The notes under the pieces: model-generated | Database searches by the model: none | Seen by the model: the letters and a program-made list of their open reading frames with translations, nothing else | Told to the model about the DNA's origin: nothing | Made by a program: the position numbers and the translations under genes | Assembly (NCBI RefSeq): GCF_001194135.2 | Contig: NC_068990.1 | Coordinates: 32,346,588 to 32,410,587 of the forward strand | DNA: 64,000 nucleotides | Source of the DNA: Octopus bimaculoides | Taxonomy: Eukaryota | Direction of reading: 5' to 3' | Shown here: positions 51,019 through 63,481 of the stretch, piece by piece | Layout: every line of letters begins with the position of its first letter | Position numbering within the stretch: the first letter of the stretch is position 1

Positions 51019-51406
51019 GTTGTTGTTGGCACTCTGTCGCCTATGATGTCGAGGGTTCCAGTTGATCCGATCAATGGAACAGCCAGCTCGTGAAATTAAC
51101 GTGCAAGTGGCTGAGCACTCCACAGACATGTGTACCCTTAACGTAGTTCTCAGAGATATTCAGCGTGACACAGTGAGACAAGGCTGACCCTTTGAATTAC
51201 AGGCACAACTGAAACAGGAAGTAAGAGTGAGAGAAAGTTGTGGTGAAAGAGTACAGCAGTGTTTGCCACCATCCCCTGCCAGAGCCTCGTGGAGCTTTTA
51301 GGTGCTTTCGCTCAATAAATACTCACAACGCCCGGTCTGGGAATCGAAACCGTGATCCTATGACCGCGAGTCTGCTGCCCTAACCACTGGGCCATTGCGC
51401 CTCCAC
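51019..51406 (-). mobile_element. SINE family C, full length, tRNA head GGAGGCGCAATGGCCCAGTGGTTAGG, (CAA)n tail, 12-bp TSD
   Basis: TSD GTTTAAGTCTAT at 51007-51018 and 51407-51418. A and B boxes are intact on the minus strand. Confidence 0.92.
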
Positions 51407-51604
51407 GTTTAAGTCTATAATCATCATATAAATCACAAAAAAATTGTAATATCATTGGGTTGGGATGGATTGGCTCACCAGAGCTTGTATAGGGAACAAA
51501 GAAGAAAAGATTTAGCAAGAAGATGATAAAAGTTGAAATAAAATAACAAGTTACCTTTTGGAAAAGGATAAATATTATAAAGATCCTTTCCCAAATCATA
51601 TAAA

Positions 51605-51790
51605 CTCACAGGGCCAGTTTCTTGGGTTCTTTGCTACATATATATTCCCCACCTAGATGGGATACTGGTCTCGTACCTGATTACTCACTTTTGCCAGCCG
51701 AGTGAACTGGTGCAACTTGAAGCACAATGCATCATCTGGTCTAGGAATTGAAACCACAATCTTATGATCAAGAGTCCAACACACTACTTT
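51605..51790 (-). mobile_element. Old tRNA-derived SINE fragment
   Basis: ggaattgaaaccacaatcttatgatcaagagtccaacac is the reverse complement of a tRNA-like head. Confidence 0.5.
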
Positions 51791-53122
51791 TTGAAAGAAT
51801 ATTCAATTATTTCAAATTTGATTTTTAATATTTGCCTTTCTTTATGATTATAATTGCACATCAACATGAACACAAAGTTTGTATAAAGCGAACTAACTGG
51901 TAACTAAAACATTTTGTTATATGCTCTCATGGTTGATCTGATGGATGAACATTTAAACATTGTGACTGTCTTTTCATATTCTTCTGCATTTCACATGGAA
52001 TATTTGGTCCTCTAAAATCTTGGCATATAAGTCAACATACTTTAAATTATTTGTGCCACAAAGTCACAAGGTCCCACTTTAATTATAGTCAAGTGGTCAA
52101 CCATGGTGATGGTGGTAATGAAAGGTATGAAGTGGGGGAGAAAGAGCAGTGATATTTAAAAATGATGGATTGAAATTTCTTTGTTTTTTAGAAAAAGTTC
52201 CCTACCACCCATCACTTTCAAATGTATGCTGCCAAAAAATTTGAAAAATCCAGCAAAAACGGAAAAATTTCAACTCATGGGAAAGCTATTCCAAAACTTT
52301 GCTCTTACCTGTACCAACTTTTATAACCATTCATAAATAAAAATGGATGTAAACTAATGAAGAAAGAAACTTTGTTGTGTTATTTAACCTCAGGCCAACA
52401 CTAAACAAAGGTATTCCAGTTATGACCATCTTGACTCAAGTGTACCCCAAGCTACATTCTCCAATGTGTTCTTTTATTAATCCTTTCACTACAAATAGCA
52501 GATAAGTCCACTCAAAATTTCATTATCCTTAACTGCAGAAAGTGGTTTTATATACCAGTCTATTTTTTTTTTTGTGAGGAATATCATGTTTTTGAAACTA
52601 TTTTTTGATGAAATATGCTAAGTTTATTGAAGCATGTGACTTACAGCAAATACCAATTTTAACCATGCAATAAAATTTTGCAGTGAAAAGTTTGTACAGA
52701 AGGATGTTATTTGATATAAATCAAACTGCTATTTCTAGTAGACTGGGCAGCTATGTAGAGTCCTCTGTTAAATCATAAAACAGATTTTGTGATTCTGTTA
52801 CTGGTTTAAGTGTTAAATATATCAAGTCTTTCACTGAATTCCTACCTTCTACATTCAGATTAAAAAAACGATTTTATCGTATTTTTACAGCAAGTATTAT
52901 TAACAGCCGTAATACCTTAAACATGTTATATTTATCATGTTATATCAGTACAGCAATAATTTAACAATCACATAAAATTGCTGAAAGTTATTAAATCTGT
53001 AAAAATACACCTGAATAGAATATCACAATAAATCAACTGAATAGGAACACGTTTTATAAAATAATCTTCCTAATACTCTAAGTTAAAAGCAAATTGGTTG
53101 AATAATAATATTATAAAAAGTC

Positions 53123-53545
53123 TCACACACATAGACATATATACAAACATACACTCTGAGACTTACATATGTACACATACACACTTTCATACCCACATAC
53201 CACATATTGCAGGCACATACATACATACACATTGAGACTTACATATGCGCACATACACAATTTCATACCTTGTAACATACACTGCATGCACGCATGCACA
53301 CACACACACACACACGTGCGCGCACACACACTTTCACATATACATAAACACAGGCACACGTTGACACCTACACAAACATACACATATTCAAACATACATA
53401 TACACCTACTCACATGTGCACTTTCATACCGATGTACACAAATTTACACTTTCAACCTACACATAAGTAAATATCAAATACACAGATACATACAAATATA
53501 CATACACATGCATAATACGTACATACATACATACATGCACTTACA
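53123..53545. repeat. Degenerate (CA)n/(CATA)n low-complexity tract
   Basis: Directly visible. Confidence 0.85.
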
Positions 53546-54019
53546 CTTCAAATTTATTTATATAAGTAATTTTCCCAGATTTATTTATATTTGATTTTAT
53601 TTCCTTTTTACTTTTGTTTCACAATTTTCTATCGTAGAGTAATAAAATAAAAGATCATAAATTATGGCAAAATTTTAAATAATAAAATATATTTACATTC
53701 ATACTAACATTCAAGTTAATAATACTATTAAATTGCTGTAAAATAATTATGAAAGATCTATAATATAATTTGGTAAGTTGTTTATGATAGATTTTTATAT
53801 ATTCTCTTTAGAGGATAGAAACAAACAATCTGTTTTGTTTGGTTGAGGACATTGTATGCTGTATAGTGCTAAACGAGTTGTATGTTAATGTGGCCTCTCT
53901 TTGAACAATTTATTATATTTTATCCATTTATATCTTTTTTTAAAATCTTTTTCTTCTTATTTCATCATCATCATCGTCATCATTGTTGTTGTTTAATGTC
54001 CACCGTCCATGCTAACATG

Positions 54020-54765
54020 GATATTTGTTTCAGTCATTGGACTGCAGCCATCCTGGGGCACTACCTTGAAGGGTTTAGTCAAACAAATTGCTTTCAGCAC
54101 TTTTTTTTAAGACTGGTACATATTTTATTGGATTCTTTTGACAAACTGCTAGGTTATGGAGATGTAAACAAACCAATGTAGGTGTCAAGCAGTGGTGGGG
54201 GATAAACACACAGACACACACTTGCATGTGCACACACACACACACACAATGGGCTTCTTTCAGTTTCTGTCTCCTAAATCCACTCACAAGGCTTTGGTCA
54301 GCCTAGGTCTATAGAAGACATTTGCCTAAGGTGCCATGCAGTGGAACCGAACCCGGAACCATGAGGTGGAAAACTAAACTTTTTACCACACAGCCAGACC
54401 TGTGCCTATACATCACACCTGTGCCTATATTTGTTTCTTGACTTTTACTTATTTCCATCATTAGACTGCACTGAAGCTGGGGCACTGTCCTGAACAATTT
54501 TTAGTTAAATGAATTAACCCCAGAACTTAACTATTTATCATGGCACTTATTCTATCAGTCTCCTTTGTCAAACCACTGTCACAGAGATGTAAACACACCA
54601 ACACTGATTGTCAAGTGGTGATGGGAGACAAACATACACACACAGACACACACATGACCAACTTGTAAGACACTTGCCCAAGGAGTCATGCAGTGGGACT
54701 GAACCCAGAACCATGCAGCTGGGAAGAAAGCTTCTTACTACACAGCTACATCTGTGCCTATGCAC
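54020..54765 (-). mobile_element. Two SINE family A copies (~54020-54426 and ~54530-54765)
   Basis: Both match the reverse complement of 3986-4376. Confidence 0.75.
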
Positions 54766-54869
54766 ACATTCAAAAGTTTTGTTTCCTCCTTTCTTTTCTT
54801 TTCTCCAATGTATCACAAATGTTAAAGATCCTTTTCCTTTCCTATCAACCATCTCCTAATATAATAATG

Positions 54870-55053
54870 AGTGTGGCACGTAAAAGCACCCACTACACTT
54901 TCAGAGTGGTTGGCGTTAGGAAGGGCATCCAGCTGTAGAAACTCTGCCAAATCAGATTGGAGCCTGGTGTAGACATCTGGTTCGGCAGTCCTCGGCCAAA
55001 TCGTCCAACCCATGCTAACATGGAAAACGGACGTTAAATGATGATGATGATGA
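54870..55053 (+). mobile_element. RTE 3' UTR end with (GAT)n tail
   Basis: Consensus-like UTR sequence. Confidence 0.85.
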
Positions 55054-55065
55054 TGTTGAGGATGA

Positions 55066-55999
55066 TGGTTCATGTCAGGGAAAAGCACCACTGATGCTGT
55101 ATTTCTGGTAAGACAGCTGCAGGAGAAATACCTAGCCAAAGATAAACCTCTGTACCTGGCTTTCGTTGACATGGAGAAAGCCTTTGACAGGGTCCCTCGA
55201 TCCCTTATCTGGTGGTCAATGAGGAAACTAGGGATAGGTAAATGGTTAGTGGGAACTGTGCAAGCCATGTACAGGGTTGCTGTCAGTAAGGTGAGGGTTA
55301 GCAATGAGTACAGTGAAGAATTCCAGGTAAGGGTAGGAGTCCACCAAGTTCCCTATTATTCAACATAGTCCTCCAGGCAATAACAGAGGAATTCAAGACA
55401 GGGTGCCTCTGGGAGCTCCTCTATGTTGATGACCTTGCTTTAATTGCTGAATCACTATCAGAAATAGAGGAAAAGTTTCAGGTGTGGAAGCAAGGATTAG
55501 AATTGAAAGGCCTTAGAGTCAACCAAGCTAAAACCAAAGTCTTAATAAGTACGAAGGCAGACAAACCACAAATCCCTTCAGGTAGATGGCCCTACTCGAT
55601 CTGTAGAAAAGGCGTAGGTAGAAACTCCATAAGATGTACCCAGTGTAAGCTATGGACACATAAGAGGTGCAGCAATATCAAAGGAAGGCTAACTAGGAAG
55701 ATAGTTTTGTATGTGGCAAATGCTCAGGTGCTATAAACACTGAAAATGTGCAGAAAACAGTTTCTGTCACATTCCAGGGAGAAAAACTTCAAGTAGTTTA
55801 TAGCCTCTATTACTTAGGGGACCAAGTCAGTAGCGGGGGTGGATGCTCTGAAAGTGTAGCTGTTAGAATAAGAATAGCCTGGGCAAAGTTCAGAGAGTTC
55901 CTACCTCTGCTGGTGACAAAGGGCCTCTCACTCAGAGTAAAAGGTAGGCTGTATGATGCATGTGTACAAACAGCCATGCTACATGGCAGTGAAACATGA
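55066..55999 (+). pseudogene. RTE-clade LINE reverse-transcriptase fragment, frameshifted and truncated at both ends
   Basis: STTDAVFLVRQLQEKY...FVDMEKAFDRVPR...GVHQ (deletion/frameshift) ...LLYVDDL...GLRVN.AKTK...YLGD...RIRIAWAKFR...KGRLYDACV...MLHGSET. Confidence 0.92.
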
Positions 56000-56534
56000 G
56001 TCCTTATTTACAGCTACCAAAAAAGATCTTCATGAGCCCAATTTCACAGCAAGGCTACACACTTATAAATATGAGGTTTTTGGAGAATGAAAATTAGGTA
56101 ATACACCTCAAGTTCCTGATACTATGGTGACCAAAGTGTCAATACCAAACTGACTGCACAATTTCATGGAATAAAAACCCCATTCTTGAAAGAATGGTAT
56201 GTATATCAAACTGACTGCATTGTTTCAAGGAATATAACTTAAGTCTTTGTTGCATGATGTGGATAACCAAGTTGACTCTATTGCTTAAGTTCTTGTCACA
56301 AGAAACAGCATTTAACCATTGAGAAAATATATCTTAATTCACACTGAGTCAGCTAATTTACAAATTCGTGCTAATTTGTCAACTTAATTAAAGAACAATT
56401 GGGGATAGTATATCATTTGAATTAGCTTGCTTCATTTTTTCTAGCTGAAAGTAGGTGTTTTTGAAATCATTATTGTGGAGTCAATAGAATGTAGGTTATT
56501 AGAGGTTCAAACCTTGCTACAAGTATTATCTTTT

Positions 56535-56716
56535 ATCTTTTACTTGTTTCAGTCATTTGACTGTGGCCATACTGGTGCACTGCCTTGAAGGATTTTAGTT
56601 GAACAAATCGACCCTAGATTTTTTGAAGTCTGGTACTTATTCTATCAGTCTCTTTTGCCAAATTGCTACAGGGATGAAAACACATCATTACCAGTTCTCA
56701 AGCGGTAGTTGAGTTC
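56535..56716 (-). mobile_element. SINE family A 3' portion, cut by gap
   Basis: ttttacttgtttcagtcatttgactgtggcc... Confidence 0.7.
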
Positions 56717-57005
56717 NNNNNNNNNNNNNNNNNNNNNNNNNNNNNNNNNNNNNNNNNNNNNNNNNNNNNNNNNNNNNNNNNNNNNNNNNNNNNNNNNNNN
56801 NNNNNNNNNNNNNNNNNNNNNNNNNNNNNNNNNNNNNNNNNNNNNNNNNNNNNNNNNNNNNNNNNNNNNNNNNNNNNNNNNNNNNNNNNNNNNNNNNNNN
56901 NNNNNNNNNNNNNNNNNNNNNNNNNNNNNNNNNNNNNNNNNNNNNNNNNNNNNNNNNNNNNNNNNNNNNNNNNNNNNNNNNNNNNNNNNNNNNNNNNNNN
57001 NNNNN

Positions 57006-57152
57006 CGCATCTCTGTACATGGCTCGCACAGCTCTCACTAGCCATTCTTCTATCCCAAGTTTCCTCATTGACCACCAGATAAGGGATCGGGGGACCCTGT
57101 CAAAGGCTTTCTCCATGTCAACGAAAGCCAGGTACAGAGGTTTATCCTTGGC
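57006..57152 (-). mobile_element. RTE RT fragment, inverted relative to 55135-55281
   Basis: KDKPLYLAFVDMEKAFDRVPRSLIWWSMRKLGIEEWLVRAVRAMYRDA. Confidence 0.9.
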
Positions 57153-58422
57153 TGGACTATATATTTCAATGTGTCCTTTTCTAAAGATGCTAGTGTGTGG
57201 TTTAAGGAGGATTTTGCTGTTATTTCTTATAGCTGGAACAACTACGTAGAAAATCCTAAGCTGTTGAATAGCTAGCTGTAGGAAAAGGCATACTTCCAGC
57301 TCTAATAATGCTTTTGCAATGATTTATCTCCATACATTCCTCCAAATTTGCAGAAAAAATACACAAACAAACAAGAATCTCTCTCTGGTGTCAACATGGA
57401 CATTTGGCTGTAAATTGAAAGGGAAATGATATGGGTTGGTTTTTATGCATGTTTCTCTCTTTCTCTCTCCTTGTTGCTCTCTTCTTTTCAGTCCACACAC
57501 ACAAACACACATGTACGTGTATATGTGCATGCACGTAGGTATATATAATATGGTACAAATATATATGTACATGATTAGGTATATATGAGTGTGCATGTGT
57601 GTGCATGTGTGCGTGTGTGTGTGTATGTGAAACAGAATCAACAATGTAAAATTGTCCAAAAACATTTTATTTTATTCTATTCTATTTAAACAATACCACA
57701 AAAGAAATTCTCAGATATTTTCACTTTGTCGTCTAAAAGCATTGAGCTGTTACTGATTATCTCCCTTTTGTTTAAGTCTTTTGGTAATGTTTTCCAACAG
57801 GAACTTGCCAAGAATACAACTTGGCTTCAGAGCTCAAGCCCAGCTGAAAGTTTTCAACTTGATCCTTTGCCATCTATTAAGCGATGCGGTCTCTATCCAA
57901 AGAATTTAATATAAAGACTTGGTTTCTTGCCAATATATCTTTCTCTTACTAGTTGCAACTCTTGAGAAGAATTCTTTAATAATTAGAAATGAAATTCAAG
58001 TGAGAATTTACCTTAGAGAAGAGTTTGGCTGTTTTCATTTGCATCAATTGAAAGCGTAGGCTTTCATTGTATGTACATGTGTATGTATGACCATATATAT
58101 GTGTGTGTTCATCTATGTGTGATAATGCATATGTATGTGTATATTAGTGGCTGTATGTGCACATAACTGTTTGTAAGTATGAGAACATGAATTTATATAT
58201 GTTTGGTCTTTAGATTTATTTCACAAATTCCTCTCCAAAATAGAAAGAGCCAATGTCTAAAGCAAAAACAGAGCTATTTAATTGGAATTTAGACATCATC
58301 AAGTAAGCAGTTGAGCATATATATTTTCCTGTAGGGTTCATTTAAGTTTCTTTTCTTTCTTGCATTTGCAGAATTCCAATCCAGTCACTAACAAAGTGAC
58401 AAAGCAGTTTTGATTAAGTTAA

Positions 58423-58638
58423 CCCTTTAAGATTTTAAACTGACCTTATCTGGCCCATATATTTTAACTGCTTTATGTTCAAGCCAGCCAGATTTGACCT
58501 CTCGCACCTACCTACAATGCCATTCTAAAAATAAACACATTACTGAAACCTTGAAGCTATGAGGTGATATACAATTAGTCCAAAACAGTGTGAATAAATA
58601 AGTGTTACCTTAGACAAGGTAATCTGAATACTTCAGAA
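58423..58638. mobile_element. Decayed TTAA-flanked (piggyBac-type) MITE
   Basis: TTAA-CCCTTTA left end, degenerate right end followed by TTAA. Confidence 0.45.
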
Positions 58639-58857
58639 TTAAGGTAGCTCTTGGCATTTGTGGATACTGCAGTCCATCGAATGCTTAGCTGAAACTTTGA
58701 AATCACTGTCAGCAACATTGTTGTATAAGAATAATGAATTTGTATTCTACAAAAGTGTTGAGTAACCCATCAGATTAACGTGAAATTGTAAAATTGTTTT
58801 TATTATATCTAAACATAAAAACAAACATTAATATATATTCTTTATTCTTTCTTTTAT

Positions 58858-59012
58858 TTCTTTTACTTGTTTCAGTCATTTGACTGTAGCCATGCTGGAG
58901 CACTGCCATGAGAGGTTTTAGTCAAACAAATTGACACCCAGGTTTTATTTTTTTAATCCTAGTACTTATTCTATCACCCTCTTTTGATGAACTACTAAGT
59001 TACTGGGATATA
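58858..59012 (-). mobile_element. SINE family A 3' fragment
   Basis: ttttacttgtttcagtcatttgactgtagccatgctggagcac. Confidence 0.7.
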
Positions 59013-59461
59013 AGGTGGGGAGGGGACAATATATATATGATGATGATCATCATCATTTAACATCCGTATATATATANNNNNNNNNNNNNNNNNNNNNNNN
59101 NNNNNNNNNNNNNNNNNNNNNNNNNNNNNNNNNNNNNNNNNNNNNNNNNNNNNNNNNNNNNNNNNNNNNNNNNNNNNNNNNNNNNNNNNNNNNNNNNNNN
59201 NNNNNNNNNNNNNNNNNNNNNNNNNNNNNNNNNNNNNNNNNNNNNNNNNNNNNNNNNNNNNNNNNNNNNNNNNNNNNNNNNNNNNNNNNNNNNNNNNNNN
59301 NNNNNNNNNNNNNNNNNNNNNNNNNNNNNNNNNNNNNNNNNNNNNNNNNNNNNNNNNNNNNNNNNNNNNNNNNNNNNNNNNNNNNNNNNNNNNNNNNNNN
59401 NNNNNNNNNNNNNNNNNNNNNNNNNNNNNNNNNNNNNNNNNNNNNNNNNNNNNNNNNNNNN

Positions 59462-59541
<80 letters not shown>

Positions 59542-60420
59542 ATGCACCCCATCTGTCAACCACTCACTGTAGCTAAAACCTTTCACATCATTCTCTACAC
59601 TCAGATCTTCAGTCACCCTAGCCACCTTTCATTCTCTTCTCACACTCTCACACTCCATCTTGTTCTTTGTCACCAACATGTCTATCTTCTTTCCAGCTGC
59701 TCCCAATCACCCTCATGTCACATGTAGTAGCCATGTATCTCTTCTATAGCAAGACACCTATGCCTGCCCCTCAATCACACTTTAGCCTCTTGACACTTGA
59801 CCATAAATTCACCTCCCTTTGCACAGCAACCCCATTCATTTGTGGGAGTTTTTCTTTTATTTGTCTTACAAGTTACTTGGTATCTTAACTAGTATGGTAC
59901 CATGAAAGAAAAAAAAAACATCCAGTACACCCTGTAAAGAGGTTGGCATTAGGAAAGAAATGCAACTGTAGAAACTATGCCAAAGCTGACATTGGTACCT
60001 GATGCAGCTCTATCACTTGTCAGACTCTGTTAAAGACAACAACCCATGCCAGCATGGAAAAGAGACACTGATGATGATGATGATGATGACGATGATGATG
60101 ATGATAATAATGATGATGATGGTGTTGGTGGTGATGATAATGATGATGATGTTGATGATGTGATGCTATGTGAAAGTTCTCATAAAATATATGAAGAGAA
60201 GAAGTTATGATGCAATATAAATATTAAAGTTTCACAGAAGTGGTCATAAATTTATGGGTTTGACTGTTTTGAGCCCCAATATCTATTTTGGTATGGTTTC
60301 TATGGTTTGTTGTCCTTCCTAAGGCCAAACATTATTCATAACTTTTCTGCTTTCTTCTAAGCTTAGCTTTGTTTGATGAAGCAGGCTGAGGAGACTAGAT
60401 AATATCAATAAGGTCTAATA

Positions 60421-60560
60421 ATCATTATCATTTAACGTCCACTTTCATGCTAGCATGGGTTGGACGATTTGACTGAGGACTGGTGAACCAGATCGCTACA
60501 CCAGGATCCAATCTGATTTGGCAGAGTTTCTACAACTGGATGCCCTTCCTAACACCAATA
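60421..60560 (-). mobile_element. RTE 3' UTR end
   Basis: Reverse complement of the consensus UTR. Confidence 0.8.
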
Positions 60561-60659
60561 AGCTGAATCATATTTGTTCCTTAGCTCACAAAGTGCTTTG
60601 GAAGAACAATTCTTAATTCTTATATTATCTCTCCTTTTCATTGTAGAATACAGGCATTT

Positions 60660-60875
60660 CAAGGTGGCAAGCTGGCAGAACTGTTAGCATGCCGGGCATA
60701 ATGCTTAGTAGTACTTCGTCTGTCTTTACGTTCTGAGTTCAAATTCTGCCGAGGTCGACTTTGTCTTTCATCCTTTCGGGGTTGATAAATTAAGTACCAT
60801 TTGCATACTGGGTTTGATCTAATTGGCTGGCTCCTCCCCAAAAATTTCGGGTGTTGTGCCTAGAGTAGAAAAGAA
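60660..60875 (+). mobile_element. SINE family B with degenerate TSD
   Basis: agaatacaggcatt / agaatactggtatt flanks. Confidence 0.85.
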
Positions 60876-62155
60876 AAGAATACTGGTATTGCTCAACTTA
60901 TGTTTGTAATTGGTTTAAAGACATGTGACTTGACTCAAAAAACGTCGTAACACAAAAAATTACTTCAAAAACATTTATTTACTTATATCTGTTTTAATAA
61001 ATGATTTGTACATATTTTCTCACATGGAGTTTTTTGGCTTGTCACTTCAGTATTGGTTTTTAAGTGTTTATTTTTATTTTGATGCTTTTAAATAAATATG
61101 TTCACTGAGACTGGCATAAAGTCAGATAAATCGAATGAAGTTGAGGTTTATTTTTCCATTAATTTCTTTGAAAAAAAGTCAATGTAAAGTCAAAAAAGAC
61201 ATAACTTGAAACTATGTAAATTGAGGTATACCTGTACTTACAATTGCTATATTTTTTTTCTTTCTCCAACTCAGAGATAAATTTCAGTTGGTTAGGAATT
61301 TTTTCACATAAGCAACCATTACAGCATATCATAAATTTTTAATCGAAAATTCATACCATTAACCCATTTGAGTCTTTCCCTTAGCTGTAAAGAAGCATAA
61401 AAAAAGAGAAGTTAACCTATATAGATACATTATACATTAGTATAAAATGATCTGTGTTGAAGAATAACATCAAATTCCCATGATTGATTTAATGAGATAC
61501 TGAGAAGGCAAAAGTAAAATGGTGATGATGGTGGTGGGTGGTTCTGATGAGGATGACGACAGTGGTGATAATAATGGTAACGGTGGTGCTGATGATGATA
61601 AAGATGCTGCTGATGATGATAATGCCAATTAATTAAAATCTATCCTTAATTCCAGCTTGTTGACGTTGTTTATAAACTGGCATCGATGCAAGTATTCTTG
61701 GATAATTGTAGCTAATCTTAAATAAACCTCGCAGGTAATTACATTTGATCTTGCCAGAAAAGCAAATAGAAAAGATAGCTAGCTGTGTGTGTGCGGCTTG
61801 ACTCAAAGATGGCATTTCTGGTTGATCTTTTACTGCAAAGGTCACTGGAAAGTTTTCTTATAGAATTAAAAGACCAGAAGCTATGCATACAAGCTTGTTA
61901 TGTTACTAATGCATTAGTAACATGTTTCAGGGAAGATAGACAGAAATATTTTGGCTAAATGACTAATTTTTAATTGAAAATTAATTCCCAGCATTGTGTT
62001 CCCTTATAATTAGAATAATTTAGATGGAGATGTCAGCAATTTTGTAATCTGTTTGACTGTAATTTCTCATATATTTAACAAGGGTTCTAGCTGACATATG
62101 ATAAGGGCTAAGTACATAAAACAGATTCTGTCTTTCGGAAGGGCTGCTTTATATT

Positions 62156-62227
<72 letters not shown>

Positions 62228-62425
62228 AGGTTTTAAATTTTGACACAGGGCCAACAGTTTTTTAGTGTACGGGGCTAGTCAATTACATTGACACCAGTAC
62301 TTCACTGGTACTTATTTTTTATCAACTCTAAAGTTTGGAAAGCGAAGTTGACTTCAGCGGAATTTGAACTCAGAATGTAAAACCAAAAGAAATGCCACTA
62401 ATTGTTCTGCCAGCCTCCAGCCTCA
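62228..62425 (-). mobile_element. SINE family B between (AAT)n tracts
   Basis: cagcggaatttgaactcagaatgtaaa. Confidence 0.75.
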
Positions 62426-62446
62426 ATAATAATAATAATAATAATG

Positions 62447-62481
<35 letters not shown>

Positions 62482-62486
62482 TATAA

Positions 62487-62890
62487 TCATCATCATCATC
62501 ATCATCGTTTAACGTCCGCCTTCCATACTAGCATGGGTTGGACGATTTGACTGAGGACTGGTGAAACCGGATGGCAACACCAGGCTCCAATCTAATTTGG
62601 CAGAGTTTCTACAGCTGGATGCCCTTCCTAACGCCAACCACTCAGAGAGTGTAGTGGGTGCTTTTACNNNNNNNNNNNNNNNNNNNNNNNNNNNNNNNNN
62701 NNNNNNNNNNGTCGCCCGCACATGAGCCAGTCCAGGGGCACTGGCAACGATCCCGCTCGAAAGATTTCATGTGTCGCCCGCACATGAGCCAGTCCGGGGG
62801 CACCGGCAAACGATCCAGCTCGAAAAAGCCTCATGCGTCACTCGCACGAGCCAGTCCAGGGGCACTGGCAACGATCCCGCCCGAAAGACC
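62487..62890 (-). mobile_element. RTE 3' UTR with ~60-bp tandem units, spanning a gap
   Basis: UTR end at 62487-62667. Three units gagccagtccaggggcactggcaacgatcc at 62711-62890. Confidence 0.8.
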
Positions 62891-63034
62891 CCATGATAAT
62901 AATGATGACGTTGATGATGCAAACAATGACAATACCTGGGAGTGCTGCAAGATGATAAGATAATAGAAAGAGAAATAAGAAAGGAAGTTACTAGATAGTA
63001 CAAGAGGAAAATTAGAAAGATGTTTTAAACAAAA

Positions 63035-63290
63035 TTAAATAGAGGGAACATTGTTAAAGCTATAAATACATGGGCTATGCCAGTATTGAGATATTCTTCT
63101 CCCTTTCTAAAATGGGGAAAGGTCAAGCTGCAGAACTTGGATAGAAGAACTAGAAAGCTCCTAACAGTATGCAACGCCCTCCACCTAAAAGTAATACTGA
63201 TTGACTTCATCTATCAAGAAGAGAAGGTGGTAGAGGATTGTGAAAACTGGAAGACACTTTTAGTACTGTGATACTGGGTCTGAAAAATAG
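63035..63290 (+). mobile_element. R4/Dong-like non-LTR retrotransposon RT-thumb fragment
   Basis: GNIVKAINTWAMPVLRYSSPFLKW...LQNLDRRTRKLLTVCNALH, then out of frame LSRREGGRGL. Confidence 0.75.
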
Positions 63291-63465
63291 AATAGTTAGC
63301 ATGCAAGACAAAATGCTTAGCAGTATTTCATCTGTCTTTACATTCTGAAATCAAATTCTGCCAAGATCAACTTTGCCTTTCATCCATTTGGGGGCTGATA
63401 AAATATGTACCAGTAAAGCACGGGCCAATGTAATTGACTAGCCCCCTAACTACAAAATTTCAGGT
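63290..63465 (+). mobile_element. SINE family B, 5'-decayed
   Basis: aaaatgcttagcagtatttcatctgtctttacattctg...ctttgcctttcatcc. Confidence 0.7.
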
Positions 63466-63481
63466 TATTATTCATCATCAT

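Noticed and set aside
53123-53594. Long ORFs rich in H/T/Y/I or C/V (also 14189-14414, 17236-17486, 28113-28933, 57324-57665, 58995-59625)
   Set aside because: Translations of dinucleotide/tetranucleotide repeats or N gaps.
55066-55999. Active retrotransposon
   Set aside because: Deletion/frameshift at the QGS motif, additional frameshifts, and no endonuclease domain or 3' end.
62711-62890. CRISPR-like appearance of regularly spaced GC-rich repeats
   Set aside because: The units are contiguous ~60-bp tandem repeats without unique spacers, belong to the RTE 3' UTR, and no cas genes exist in this eukaryotic window.
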